DNA of 64,000 nt from Octopus vulgaris. Taxonomy: Eukaryota. A program made the translations under genes and the position numbers. The notes under the pieces were generated by a model that saw only the letters and a list, made by a program, of their open reading frames with translations, made no database searches and was not told where the DNA came from. How positions within the stretch are numbered: the stretch's first letter is position 1; each line of letters starts with the position of its first letter. The DNA is taken from the NCBI GenBank assembly GCA_951406725.2, contig OX597822.1, forward strand, positions 14,632,001 to 14,696,000. The letters are read 5' to 3'. Below, piece after piece: positions 1 through 11,817 of the stretch.

Positions 1-60
1 AGTATATACTGCTCTGTAACTTAGACTAGGCTTCTTTTTCGGATTTATGTCTTACCGACG

Positions 61-460
61 AGTAGCTGCCTGGTACGCAGCTTCCTTACCAGCACATAGT
101 TCAGGGTTCAGTCCCACTGCGTGGCATCTTGATCAAGTGTCTTCTACTATAGCCTCGGGCCGACCAAAGCATTGTGAGTAGATTTGGTAGACAGAAACTG
201 AAAGATTCCTGGCGTATATATATGTGTGTGTGTGTGCGTACGTGTGTGTGTGTATTTGTGTGTCTGTGTTTGTCCCTCCACATCACTTGACAACCGATGA
301 TGGTGTGTTTATGTCCCCGTAACTTAGCGATTCGACTGAAAAGAACAATAAAATAAGTACTAGGCTTACAAAGGATAGATCCTGGAGGCGATTTGTTCGA
401 CTAAAGTCGGTGCTCCAGTATGGCTGCAATTAAAATGACTGAAACGAATTTAAAAAACAG
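61..460 (+). mobile_element. tRNA-headed CORE-type SINE, family A (diverged, 5' eroded)
   Basis: Colinear with the copies at 2398, 14043 and 56490: B-box GGTTCAGTCCC, CORE-like CTTGGGCAAGTGTC, internal (TA/TG)n, and a tail resembling AAGGCGGTGCTCCAGCATGG. Confidence 0.8.
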
Positions 461-1263
461 AAAGAAAAATGAATACACACAAACGTCCAATTTACCATTC
501 GGTGCGCAGATTACGACGATGATAGCATTTACTTTTTAGATCGTTCAATCCTCTTCAGTCGACCAATAAACCAGTTGAGTAAACAGAGCCAGGTATACAC
601 CTACAATGCATATCGGAAACAGCTGTAAATCAAAACTGCACGAAAATAGAAACAACTAAAGCTCATTATTTATGCCTTTTAAAACCGGTATAAGTGCATA
701 TTCGGTCGATTTCATGATAACCATTAAAACACAGTCTGCAAGCTGCTGGCTTCGCGCACGTGAGACTTTTTTCACTCACACTAGGATAAATGCCATAGAG
801 ACAGGAGGCGAATCTTAGTCTTCCTATCAAAATCAGATATATTCAATTTCTTGTTTCCTCAATTACTCAAAAGTCATTCTATTGCATAGATCTGGTTTTG
901 AAGGTAAGCTCTTCCATATATATATAAGTTAGATTCAGATGAATATTGTACTTAAGTTTATGCTCTAGCATTTGGTACGGTATAATCCATGCAATTTCAA
1001 AATAAGGTGATACGAATCAAAATAACACTTGTTGATTATTTTGATTATATATTTATATATATATATACATACTAACACACAAATTGATTATATATTTATA
1101 TATATACATACAAACGCACAAATATATATTCTTCGTGGAAAATAGCGATTTTGACGTCTATATCTAGCATGTTGACCGTCCACTTTTAGTGGTCAGTCCT
1201 TCAAATTTTATATATACATATATATATATATACATATATATGCATGTATATATATATATGTGC

Positions 1264-1296
<33 letters not shown>

Positions 1297-1300
<4 letters not shown>

Positions 1301-1512
1301 CATGTGTAACTCCTAAACGCCAGTCGTTTTTTTCTCTATCCCCGTGCCCGCTCTGGGATCTTTCTTTCCTCTCTATTCCTTCTTTATGTTTCCGACGAAG
1401 AGCTCCGCTCGAAACGTCATACCTCCCTGCTTCCATTTCCTGAGCGCCTATTAATAATAATACTGTAATTGTTCCATTGTTGTTGTTTTTTTGTTTCCCG
1501 TTTGGATTAAAA
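1297..1512 (+). mobile_element. ~200-bp non-coding HHR element (family F1) between (TA)n tracts
   Basis: Homologous to 5501-5712 and 19893-20100 (both minus strand); contains an HHR at 1388-1422; (TA)n on both sides. Confidence 0.65.
1388..1422 (+). ncRNA. Minimal type-I hammerhead ribozyme (U4C variant)
   Basis: GTTT-CCGACGA-A-GAGC(TCC)GCTC-GAAA-CG-TC-ATAC; matches the PLE minimal HHR layout with a short stem III. Confidence 0.6.
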
Positions 1513-1539
1513 TTATATATATATATATATATATATATC

Positions 1540-1745
1540 AGTCGCCATAATTGACCGCTATTCCACAATTTTTCTTTTATTGTCTCCCTATTTATTTCCT
1601 CGTGTTACTTTCTGTTGAAGAGCGTAGGCTCGAAATGTAAAAAAAACTTTCTCTCCTTCCCGAGCGTCAAACTAACACACCAGTTTCTTGTTTATACACC
1701 TTATAGGCCTGTCTTCGTCTTTTGTTTTTCTGTAAATTTCAACAA
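1540..1745 (+). mobile_element. ~200-bp HHR element (family F2), diverged; HHR-like motif at 1608-1643
   Basis: CTTT-CTGTTGA-A-GAGC(GTAG)GCTC-GAAA-TG-TA-AAA; homologous to copies at 7491, 8941, 31234 and 53820. Confidence 0.6.
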
Positions 1746-1752
1746 TACACAC

Positions 1753-1816
<64 letters not shown>

Positions 1817-1858
1817 CAATAATAATTCTCTAAAAGAGATATAGACAGTAACTGCTCG

Positions 1859-2105
1859 ATAACATAAGGGACTAAAGCCATCTGAATATGGCTAGGGACA
1901 GGGCAGGGTGGTGGGGGTGTTACTGTTGCATTTAGCCCCAGGCGAACATCGACGTCACCAGAAAGGCCCGACACCGTCACGGACACCGTGACGGTGTCGG
2001 GCCTTTCTGGTGACGTCGATGTTCGCCTGGGGCTAAATGCAACAGTAACACCCCCACCACCCTGCCCTGTCCCTAGCCATATTCAGATGGCTTTAGTCCC
2101 TTATG

Positions 2106-2109
<4 letters not shown>
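1859..2109. repeat. Perfect 124-bp inverted repeat with 3-nt loop
   Basis: 1859-1982 is the exact reverse complement of 1986-2109; loop is ACA. Confidence 0.95.
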
Positions 2110-2147
<38 letters not shown>

Positions 2148-2160
2148 AGATATAGATATA

Positions 2161-2381
2161 TAGGGTGACCCAGAAGTAGGTTAACAGTTATCACGTAGGT
2201 CCTTTAAATTTCTTGTAAAGCGTTTTATTACGTTTAGATTTCTATCTTACAAACTGAAAACGGAGTTTGACAAAATTAAATAATAGTTTCATTTTCTTTT
2301 TATAATTAAGATCTACACTGTTAATATATGAATGCGAAATATGTAGTTGAATAACTGCAAACCTGCTCTTGGGTCACCCTG
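2161..2381. mobile_element. Tc1/mariner-type MITE
   Basis: ~21-bp imperfect TIRs (TAGGGTGACCCAGAAGTAGGT / ACCTGCTCTTGGGTCACCCTG) flanked by TA on both sides. Confidence 0.7.
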
Positions 2382-2397
2382 TAAATAAAGGTAAATA

Positions 2398-2800
2398 GGC
2401 GCAGGAGTGGCTGTGTGGTAAGTAGCTTGCTTACCAACCACATGGTTCCGGGTTCAGTCCAACTGCGTGACACCTTGGGCAAGTATCTTCTACTATAGTC
2501 TCGGGCCGACCAAAGCATTGTGAGTGGATTTGGTACATGGAGATAAAAGAAGCCATCGTATATGTGTGTGTGTGCGTGTGTTTGTTTGTATGTGTGTGTT
2601 TGTGTGAGTGTGTGTGCGCAACCAGCATCGCTTGACAACCGATGCTGGGGTGTTTACGCCCTGTAAACTCAGCGGTTCGGCAAAAGAGACCGATAGAATA
2701 AGTAGTAGGCTTACAAAGAATAAGTCCTGGGATCGATTTGCACGACTAAAGGCGGTGCTCCAGCATGGCTGCAGTCACATGACTGAAACAAGTAAAACAA
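2398..2800 (+). mobile_element. Full-length SINE family A (tRNA head, CORE-like domain, internal microsatellite, tail)
   Basis: A-box TGGCTGTGTGG, B-box GGTTCAGTCC, CCTTGGGCAAGT. Further fragments near 5322, 6390, 15262, 16331, 28470, 30889, 31427, 31985, 36352, 36733, 40198, 43448, 51730, 53250 and 59210. Confidence 0.85.
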
Positions 2801-3240
2801 TAATAGAATAAACCAAAAGAAAAAATAGGTAAGAAGGAATGAAAGAGGTGAAGGAGTAGGAATGAAATAACGAAAGATAGGAGGGGGAAATAGGGAGGAA
2901 GAGGAGGACTACAAGAGTGAAGGGTGTTGGGGGTGAGAGAAGGGGACGAGTTAGTTGCATAATAAGGGGTGGCGAGAGGAGGGGAAGGTGAGTTGACAAG
3001 TATTGTTTTGGCGCTCTGTTCGGGGTCAGGTGGGCACGTGTGCAGAGGTCAAGTTAACTGTTGCCCTGTTGCTACAGTGACACGGTGGTACACGTGACTG
3101 AAGTGGAGGGGGCGAGAGAAAGGGAGCGACACGCAGTAATTGACATAAGAAAGAGAAAGCGAAGAGATTTTAGGCGGCGGAATACATGGTTGTGGTGGTG
3201 GAGGTGGCGGTAGAGGAAGAGAGGTGATGTCAGGGATTGT

Positions 3241-3281
<41 letters not shown>

Positions 3282-3286
<5 letters not shown>

Positions 3287-3550
3287 TAATAAATAAAACA
3301 TATGCATATATACATACATATATGTACGTACCTACCTCTACATGTATATATACATGCATATATGGGTACAGGACACCAAAAAAAAAAACGTCGAACACAA
3401 TGAGAAACGAAAACATAAACACAAAACCAAGGAAATGGACATTTTTCTTAAACAACGAAAAAATAGAGTACAGGACATACAATACAAGGAAAATTCCCCT
3501 TCTTCAGTCGCCTCGCGGAATAGATGAAACAGAGGCGACTGAAGAAGGGG
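3282..3550 (-). mobile_element. Interspersed repeat (homologous to 27325-27760) ending in a 19-bp fold-back hairpin
   Basis: Shared sequence with 27330-27540; perfect inverted repeat 3496-3514 / 3532-3550. Confidence 0.6.
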
Positions 3551-3552
3551 CT

Positions 3553-3627
<75 letters not shown>

Positions 3628-3892
3628 ATTATATACATATATATATATACATATATATACATATATATATATACATATATATACATATATATATGTGTGT
3701 ATTATATACATATATCTGTCTATATGTATATATTTATGTTTGTGTGTATGAATATGTGTGTATGCGTGTGAGTATGTATATGCATATGTGTGTGTGTGCA
3801 TGCGTGTATGCATTGATTTCATCTCTCGTTGCAGCCATTGGACTGCAACCAAGTAAAATAAAGCACATCAGCTGTCACTACCATCGGAACCT

Positions 3893-4085
3893 AAGGGCGG
3901 CGAGCTGGCGGAATCGTTAGCATGCTGGGCGAAAAACTTAGAGGTATTTCGTTCATCTTTATATTCTGAGTTCAAATTCCGCTAAGGTTGACTTTGCCTT
4001 TCATCCTTCCGGGGTCGATAAAATTACAGTGAGTACTGTAATCGAATACTCGCACTCCCGAAATTGCTGGTGTTGTGCAAAAATT
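3893..4085 (+). mobile_element. SINE family B (diverged)
   Basis: GGCGGCGAGCTGGC head, GAGTTCAAATTCC B-box, central GCCTTTCATCCTTCCGGGGTCGATAA. More decayed copies follow at about 4290-5180. Confidence 0.75.
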
Positions 4086-5469
4086 TGAAACCATCATTAT
4101 CTAAATCTTGGATTGTTGCTTTGTGCAGTAATCCTTTATCGTTTTTCTGCTTCTCCTCTCGTTACATCATTGCTGTCATCTCTATGATGCGACTGAACCA
4201 GGTTGTTCTGTTAAACTTACCACTTGGACTTCATCTTTTGGAGCTTTTATTAGTAACTTTTAATGAGCATCCAGTATTATAACCCATTAGAGCGTCGGGG
4301 GTGAAATGCCTGGCAGTATTTACTACGACTCTACATTTTGAGTTCAAATCCTGTTGGAGACAACTTTGCTTTTCAACCTGCCGCGGTCGACAAAGTACCG
4401 TCAAAGTTCTAGGGTCGATATAATCGTTTAAACCACGTATTCTGAAAAAAAAGAATAATGAACACCCTTCATCGATTTTAAAATCTTACGGGTTTCTCAC
4501 CAGAGGCGTACACATGATTCTGGCAGTCCCCAGAGAAACAAGCAGCCAAACTGTTTATACTCAACAAATCCAGCATTTACTCTATGAAGGAGTCCCTAAT
4601 TTGCATACTAAAAGTATTTAACACACTATAAATACCAGCAATATATATATATGTACTACCTTTGCGGACCAGCAAGGGTCCGCGGACACAAGTTGGGACC
4701 TATAGATTTGAACTCTCCTCCACTCCAAATTTGAGGCCTTGTGCCAGTTTCAGAAATATTGTGCTTATTACGAGGACAGTGGACTAGTAGGTTGGGCAGA
4801 ATGTTGGACCTTACAGCATCTAGTACCGACGCTTAGAATTCGAATCCTGCCAAGTTCGAAATTTTCGTTTTTCCATTTCGGGGCATTAAAATAAAGTTTG
4901 TTAAAATTTGAGCCCGATTTATTCGATTAGTCCCTATCCACGAATTTCTGACCAGCCTTGTAGCTACAAATTATTACTGCATTGTTCACTGGAAGAAGCG
5001 TTAGAATGTCAGCGAAAAATAACTTGCAGTAAATATGATCTTGATCCAAATTCAATCGAGGTCAACTTCGTCTTTAATTGATCGGGGTTTGATAAAATAC
5101 TGAAGATTAATTGAATCAAGTAATGATTCTCCATCACCCACCTACCCACCCATCAGATTTCTGGCCTTGTTTCGACGTTAGAAATAATTACAATGAATAT
5201 TAATTACGTTTTTGATCTCATTAACGAAAGAAAACCACGCTTCGATACACTTATGGGCTAACGCAGGCGGGAAACCTGTTAAACCGTACAATAATATTTC
5301 GTTTCCTTTTTTCTTTGCTTTACAGCTGTGACTGACTGGGAAGAAATTAGCTTCTCAACCACATGGTTCCGGGTTCCGTTCCACTTGGGGAAGTGTCTTC
5401 TACTACAGCCTCGGGTCGACCAAAGCCTTGTGGGTGGATTTGGTTGATGGAAACTGAAAGAATCACATC

Positions 5470-5500
<31 letters not shown>

Positions 5501-5504
<4 letters not shown>

Positions 5505-5712
5505 AAGTTAATCCAAACTAGAAAGCACAAAAAAACACAACAACGCGAGGACGTGGAACAAATATAGTATTATTGGACGCTCAGGAAATAAGGAAAGAAG
5601 GAGGGTTTAACGTTTTGAGCGGAGCTCTTCGTCGGACACATAGGAAAAGGAAAGATCCAGAGAAGGGAAGACAGAGGGAAAAAATCGCCAACGGTACACA
5701 CGAGGTCACATT
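5501..5712 (-). mobile_element. F1 HHR element; HHR at 5605-5639 inactivated (G12A)
   Basis: Reverse complement reads CCGACGA-A-GAGC(TCC)GCTC-AAAA-CGTT-AAAC; closely similar to 19893-20100. Confidence 0.7.
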
Positions 5713-5715
5713 TTT

Positions 5716-5746
<31 letters not shown>

Positions 5747-5929
5747 CAGGACTGTCACGTTAAGTTGACAGTATACAACCACTCTATCGCCCCACCACCG
5801 TACATATCTCTATGAGATATTTAGAAATTTAATATGTATATATATATATATAAACCTATTTGGATATGGATGCGTCGCGTTCAATTAAATAATAAATAAT
5901 ATATATGATACATATATTATATTGTAATT

Positions 5930-5991
<62 letters not shown>

Positions 5992-6010
5992 GTAGTAGTA
6001 GTAGTAGTAG

Positions 6011-6037
<27 letters not shown>

Positions 6038-6043
<6 letters not shown>

Positions 6044-6262
6044 GAAGGTTTGAAAATGCAATTTTAAAAGATGCTTATTCAGTTGACCAGTTTCACTTTT
6101 TTTTAGAAAAAGATTGTCAAAAGTAAAATGCAAAAGCTTTGTAAAAGCTTTGTTGTGTTAAGTACTGGTTGTCACAAAATATTACAATACATATATACAT
6201 TCTTTGATAATAATAAGAAAATGTTAGAAACAGTTTACAAGGAAAAATCTTAAATTTTCGTT
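6038..6262 (-). mobile_element. Interspersed repeat (second copy 28090-28322), probable PLE 3' region
   Basis: Two colinear copies; the minus strand of the 28.1-kb copy carries the HHR 3' half GCGAAACCGGTC. Confidence 0.5.
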
Positions 6263-6283
6263 CAGCTCCATTTCTTCCTACAC

Positions 6284-6329
<46 letters not shown>

Positions 6330-7135
6330 ATATGTGTGTGTGTATGCATGTATGTATAAATATGCATATATATATAAATGTATGTCCACGTGTGTGTCTT
6401 TGTATCTGTGTTTGTCCTCCTCCACTACTTGACAACCGGTGTTAGTATATTGACATACCCGTACCTTAGCTGTTCGGCAAAAAAAATCCCTATAGAATAA
6501 GTACCAGGCTTTAAAAATAAATCAAGGCTTTGATTTGTTGGACTAAAAGTTCTTCAAGGCGGTGCCCCAGCATGGCCACAGCATGGTGGTGGTGGAGGTA
6601 GTGGTAGAGTTGGAGAGGCGATGTTAGGGACTGCATATATATATTGTGGTGGTGGTAGTGGTGGGATCGGAGGTGTTGACGCGAGGTGAAGTGTGTAAGG
6701 GGTTAAGAAAGCGTTCTATGAAAATAGGTGGTGGAGATGAGGCCAGAAGCCTTGGTTAGCGAAGTGGGGGTTGAGTAGCGTGGGGTGATGATCTTGGGTG
6801 TAGAGGTATGTGTGCGGAGGTGGGGATAAGTCTTGGGGCAAGAGTCCGGCAAAATAAACCCTGCGTGGGCTGGTTGTTGAGGATTGAAGAGTATTTTGGA
6901 GGGATTGTCTGATCAACCCGTATCAACCATATTCAACACACTTTCCCGCCTATGCAGCTACGACAATCACCGACACCACCACCACCACCACCATCAATCG
7001 CACCATCATTGCCACTACCACCACTGCCACCATCACCACCAACAACATCCCTTCTTTGCTCCAACAAGCCTACCTCATACTACGACTCACGCTAAAATCC
7101 GCGTCGTAACTAGCTTTCAAAGATATGTTCTCTCC

Positions 7136-7194
<59 letters not shown>

Positions 7195-7446
7195 GCATCC
7201 ATCAACACAAAAATGCCACCACCGTCACCGCATTCCTCCACCGCACAACAAACACTGACACCCTCAACATTTCCAGTAAATTATTTTGACGGGTTTTACT
7301 TGAACAAATCAGCCTCAGTACTTATTTTCTCACGCTGGTTCTTAGTAAACCGTCCTCTTTTGTCGAACCGATGGAGACACCAACAAACAAACAGCGGCTT
7401 TCAAAATGTGGCGAGGGAGAAGTACAACACACCCACATATATATAT

Positions 7447-7490
<44 letters not shown>

Positions 7491-7494
<4 letters not shown>

Positions 7495-7690
7495 GGAGAG
7501 TTCACAAAAAAAAACAAAGACGAAGACAGGTGGTGTACAAAACAAACAGATGTATTAGTATAACGCTCCGGAATTGAAAGTCTTTTACGTTTCGAGCCTA
7601 CGCTCTTCTACAGAAAGGGACACAGAAAAAAACAAGGAGAGAAACCAGGAAAAAAATGTGTGTAGTGGCTACCGATCTATCATGGTGACT
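7491..7690 (-). mobile_element. F2 HHR element in (TA)n
   Basis: Both ends abut TA repeats; homologous to the other F2 copies. Confidence 0.7.
7582..7617 (-). ncRNA. Minimal type-I hammerhead-like motif, A6U core variant
   Basis: Reverse complement: CTTT-CTGTAGA-A-GAGC(GTAG)GCTC-GAAA-CG-TA-AAAG; stems I and II pair perfectly. Confidence 0.6.
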
Positions 7691-7704
7691 ATATATATAA
7701 ATAT

Positions 7705-8025
7705 ATAGTCCACGGCGGAACTCAAAGCAATCCAAGAAAGCTACAATAAGAAAATCGTCTCGATGCAACATGTCAGTTACTGGGAAAGACTTAAAGAATT
7801 AAAACTCTTCTCCCTGGAACGAAGGCGGGAGAGATATGCAGTGAAATACATCTGGAAAATCCTAGAAGGCCTTGTACCAAACTTTGGCATTGAAAGTTCA
7901 CACTGTAGAACAGGGCGCCACTACATAGTGCCAAAGATCCCAGCATCGCCATCAAAATACAAGACCAGATACTGCAACAGCTTGGGCTTCAACGGCCCAC
8001 AGCTCTTTAAAATGCTTCCATCGGA
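7705..8025 (+). mobile_element. CR1/L2-group LINE ORF2 C-terminal fragment
   Basis: Translation YWERLKELKLFSLERRRERY..YIWKILEGLVPNFGI..GPQLF is typical of the post-RT region of CR1-group LINEs. Confidence 0.75.
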
Positions 8026-8109
8026 TGTATATATGTGTGTGTGCGTGTGTGTGTGTATGTTTGTGTGTGTGTGTGTATGTATATATATATATATATATAT
8101 GTATTATGG

Positions 8110-8806
8110 TTTCAGCCCAGGGCAAGTGCACCACCTGTAGTTACTCGGTGTTGTTTCAATATTGTTTTAGTGAAGTAGCGATTTGGATGGAGCTACTCTT
8201 CTCTGCATCTCCTACCACGATGTGGGTTCATCCGGTGTCTCAGATAGAAACTTATCCAGACGTTCCTTGAAAATTTCCACATCAACCCATGCAGATCTCT
8301 AAGGCTGCCTGGAAGGATGTTTAACAATTGCGGGCCCTTGAAACCCAGACTATTGCAGTATTGTGTTCTTATTTTAGGTAGGAAAAACGGGATCTTTGGC
8401 ATAATGCAGTGCCGTCCACTTCGAGGATTGGTATAGCTGTCAATTCCAAAATTGGTACCTAAACCCTCCAAGATCTTCCAAATATATATCACCGCGTATC
8501 TCTTTCGTCTTCTCTCCAGGGAATAGAGACTCACCTCCTTTAGCCTCTCTCAGCAGCCCATCTTTTGCATCGAGTGAATCTTTTTTGTGTATTGGTGCTG
8601 GATCGCTTCAAGTTCCACAGTTTGTTTCACACTCTTTGGGGACCATTGTTGGGAGCAGTAGTCCAAGCGGCTAAGAATGAAAATCTTCCATAGGGGTCGC
8701 AGCTACTCCCTTTTCCTGGTTCTGAATGTCCTCAGAATCCATCCAGCCATTCGCCTTTACAGTGTTGCCATTTTGGTATGCACATGGAATATTGCGTCTT
8801 GGCTCC
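8110..8806 (-). mobile_element. CR1/L2-group LINE 3' fragment (related to 7705-8025, convergent)
   Basis: SLYSLERRRKRYAVIYIWKILEGL..NSLGFKGPQLLNILP; upstream RLDYCSQQWSP motif. Confidence 0.75.
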
Positions 8807-8830
8807 TTTATATATATATATATAGATAGG

Positions 8831-8932
<102 letters not shown>

Positions 8933-8940
8933 TACATATA

Positions 8941-9098
8941 CAGGGAGAGTTTACGAAAAAACAAAATATGACGACAAGTGGTGTAGAAAACAAGCAGATG
9001 CATTAGTATAACGCTCAGGAATAGAAAAAGTCATTTACGTTTCGAGCCCTATGCTCTTCTACAGAAAGGGACCCAGAAAAAAACAAGGAGAGAAAAAA
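8941..9098 (-). mobile_element. F2 HHR element; A6U motif at 9032-9068
   Basis: Reverse complement: CTTT-CTGTAGA-A-GAGC(ATAGG)GCTC-GAAACG-TA. A truncated F2 copy lacking the HHR lies at 14489-14567. Confidence 0.65.
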
Positions 9099-9168
9099 AT
9101 ACATATACATATACATATACATACATATATACATTTATATAAATCCGATGATTTAAAAATGATATTAC

Positions 9169-9523
9169 AATTAATAAGAGGAATGACCACTAAAGTGGAT
9201 TCCTATATGCTAAAGATAGACGTCAAACCGCCTCACCACGAAGAGTGTGTTCATAAGGAAAGAAAATCTCAGCAAATGCCAGAATGTAAAAATAAGCAAG
9301 ACAAATGAAAATATCATATTAACACTTACAAGTGTTAATAACGAAATCATGATACGTTGGTAATCGTTTTATTTTGTATATTTTCATTTGTCCAACTTAT
9401 TTTTCACATTCTGGCGTTTGCTGAGATTTTCTTTCCTTAAGAACACACTCTTGTGGTAAGGCGATTTGACGTCTATCTTTAGCATATAGGAATCCACTTT
9501 AGTGCTCAGTCCTCTTATTAATT
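9169..9523. repeat. Imperfect inverted repeat with ~145-bp arms (MITE or fold-back)
   Basis: About 9169-9314 is the reverse complement of about 9378-9523; a solo related arm lies at 1130-1210. Confidence 0.8.
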
Positions 9524-9606
9524 CTATATATATATATATAATCAAAATAAGCAACAAGGATATCCATATATATATATAAATTAAAACTGATTAGAAGATC
9601 GGAAAT

Positions 9607-9650
9607 CTACCTGACGAATGTCATTTGAAGACATGAAACGATTGTAGTGG
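9607..9650 (+). ncRNA. Type-I hammerhead ribozyme, canonical core
   Basis: CTAC-CTGACGA-ATGTC(ATTTGAA)GACAT-GAAA-CGATTG-TA-GTGG; predicted cleavage after GUA at 9646. Confidence 0.75.
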
Positions 9651-9830
9651 CGGTTTATTTACTTTATATTAAAATTTTTATGTATTGATTAAGTCTTTCC
9701 TTGTTTGTTTTGCAAAATAGTGGTTTTGTCTCGAATTAATATTATGTAATATTTTACTATAAAATTGGATTTAATCCTAAATCTGATTTTTTTCCCTGTA
9801 AATTTGGATTTATTCCCTAATATTTATTAT

Positions 9831-9880
<50 letters not shown>

Positions 9881-10189
9881 TTTTATTCGTTGCAACCATG
9901 CGGCTGCAGACTTGCTGGAGCACATCCATGGTTTTGCCCTTCTACCTAAGATTCTCCTTCGGCTGATTTCCTCAGAGCTTTCAGAGTTTACATCACCATT
10001 CCTATACGTAGTCCTGGGTAAGTGTATAAAAACTGCACTCCTCTGCCAAGCCATGTCGAGCCAGTGTGGCAGAGTAGGCTCATTAAACTAGTATGATGTC
10101 GAGCCCAGATTCACAGCCTCTATATCAGACCGTGGTCGGATTGAGACAAAATGTTGAACCCGTCTTGCAATGGACTGAAGATAGGCGAA

Positions 10190-10647
10190 CCGTTTTCGTG
10201 GAAACTGGGTTCCCGAGTGGTCATTAAGCTCTGCAGTAAATTTTGAGACCTGTAATTTTGTGATCCTTTCTAACAATTCGCGTAAGAGTCCGACGGCCCC
10301 TATCTGAAAGTTTTGGTTTTCATCCGCAGTTTTGTCTCGATAAAGAGTTTTTTTTACCCCGCTTTTTCAAAGGCTGTAATTACTTTCAAGACAGTACTTC
10401 TTTATACGCCAAATATTTCGACTGTTTTCGTTACGCTAGCGCCTGCTATACGAGTACCAACAATTTGATCTCTTTGAAGATTCTGATGATATCTGAAAAG
10501 AAACAGCAATTTTAGCAAAACATATTAAGCAACACTAAAAATAAATCAAAAACATAAAAATAAACAAACTTTTGACGGTTTTATAGATATTTCAAAATTA
10601 TGACGCTATGATGCTAGGCGTTTCCATTATTTTGTCCAACCCCTGTA
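10190..10647 (-). mobile_element. Tc1-like transposon 5' fragment (TIR plus decayed transposase N-terminus)
   Basis: TA-CAGGGGTTGGACAAAATAATGGAAAC terminus; frameshifted QRDQIVGTRIAGASVTKTVEIFGV.RSTV..PKLSDRGRRTLTRIVRK helix-turn-helix region. Confidence 0.75.
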
Positions 10648-10720
10648 TGTATGTATGTATGTATGTATGTATGTATGTATGTATGTATGTATGTATATAT
10701 ATATATATATATATATATAC

Positions 10721-10948
10721 AAGGCGGCGAGCTGGTAGAAACGTTAGCACGCCGGGCGAGATTCGTAGCCGTATTTCGTCTGTCGTTACGTTCCGAGTTC
10801 AAATTCCGCCGAGGTCGACTTTGCCTTTCATCCTTTCGGGGTCGATAAATTAAGTACCAGTTACGCACTGGGGTCGATGTAGTCGACTTAATCCCTTTGT
10901 CTGTCCTTGTTTGTCCCCTCTGTGTTTAGCCCCTTGTGGGTAGTAAAG

Positions 10949-10951
<3 letters not shown>
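10721..10951 (+). mobile_element. Full-length SINE family B (tRNA head plus conserved central domain, Meta/Nin-like)
   Basis: A/B boxes; GACTTTGCCTTTCATCCTTTCGGGGTCGATAAATTAAGTACCAG; tail AGTAAAGAAATA. The domain name is from memory and needs alignment. Confidence 0.85.
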
Positions 10952-11007
<56 letters not shown>

Positions 11008-11099
11008 TACACATACCTGAAGAGGCGAGAGTTATTTAATTATATAAATATGAGATAATTCTGGAAGGACAAATACCCAAATTTCGGCTTTGAGTGCTT

Positions 11100-11520
11100 G
11101 AGTGCTTTACAAATGCCCGAACTGGGCGCCATTTTATTGTACCAAAGGTGGCGTCTTCTCCATTAGGACTAGACATTACAGTCGCTTAGCGTTTAAAGGA
11201 CAAAGTTCTTGAATGCCCTGCCGCAAAAATTAAGGAACCTACACAATGTGGACGTAAATGTTTTCAAAGAGCAAATGGACATTCTCCTCTCCACAGCACT
11301 GGATAAAACAATGGCCCTGTATGGCGTGCAGATGAGGGCAGCTGTGTAAAACTCCCCCATACACCAAATGAGCCAACAGCCGAAGGAATAGCACGCACAG
11401 GTGTGGTGACATGAATCGCTCCACAATGAAAAAATCAGACAAAGTACAAAGGATAGGTACAGATTCAAAACCACCTTGGTGTTCCAGCATGATCAGGGCC
11501 ATGTGGGTGAAACGAACAAA
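11100..11520 (+). mobile_element. CR1/L2-group LINE 3' end (decayed)
   Basis: Homologous to the 3' part of 8110-8450 (TGRHFIVPKV..SLAFKG..FLNALP..LRNLHNVDVNVFK). Confidence 0.6.
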
Positions 11521-11536
11521 GGAAAAAAATAGAAGA

Positions 11537-11633
<97 letters not shown>

Positions 11634-11771
11634 AAAGTAATTTAGACAGCAGTTTGCAATGTTTTACCAAGGAAAACTAAATTCATCATTAAATGTGACA
11701 AGGGTGTTAGAAATGCCTGCATTGCTAAAAGTAAGAGCTAAAATACTCTAAGGCTGTAGTCGAAGCACATA

Positions 11772-11817
<46 letters not shown>

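Noticed and set aside
550-630. Hammerhead halves (GAAACAGCTGTA plus; CTGAAGAGG minus)
   Set aside because: The halves are on opposite strands and no stem I or II can be built; CTGAAGAGGC at 11017 likewise lacks a partner.
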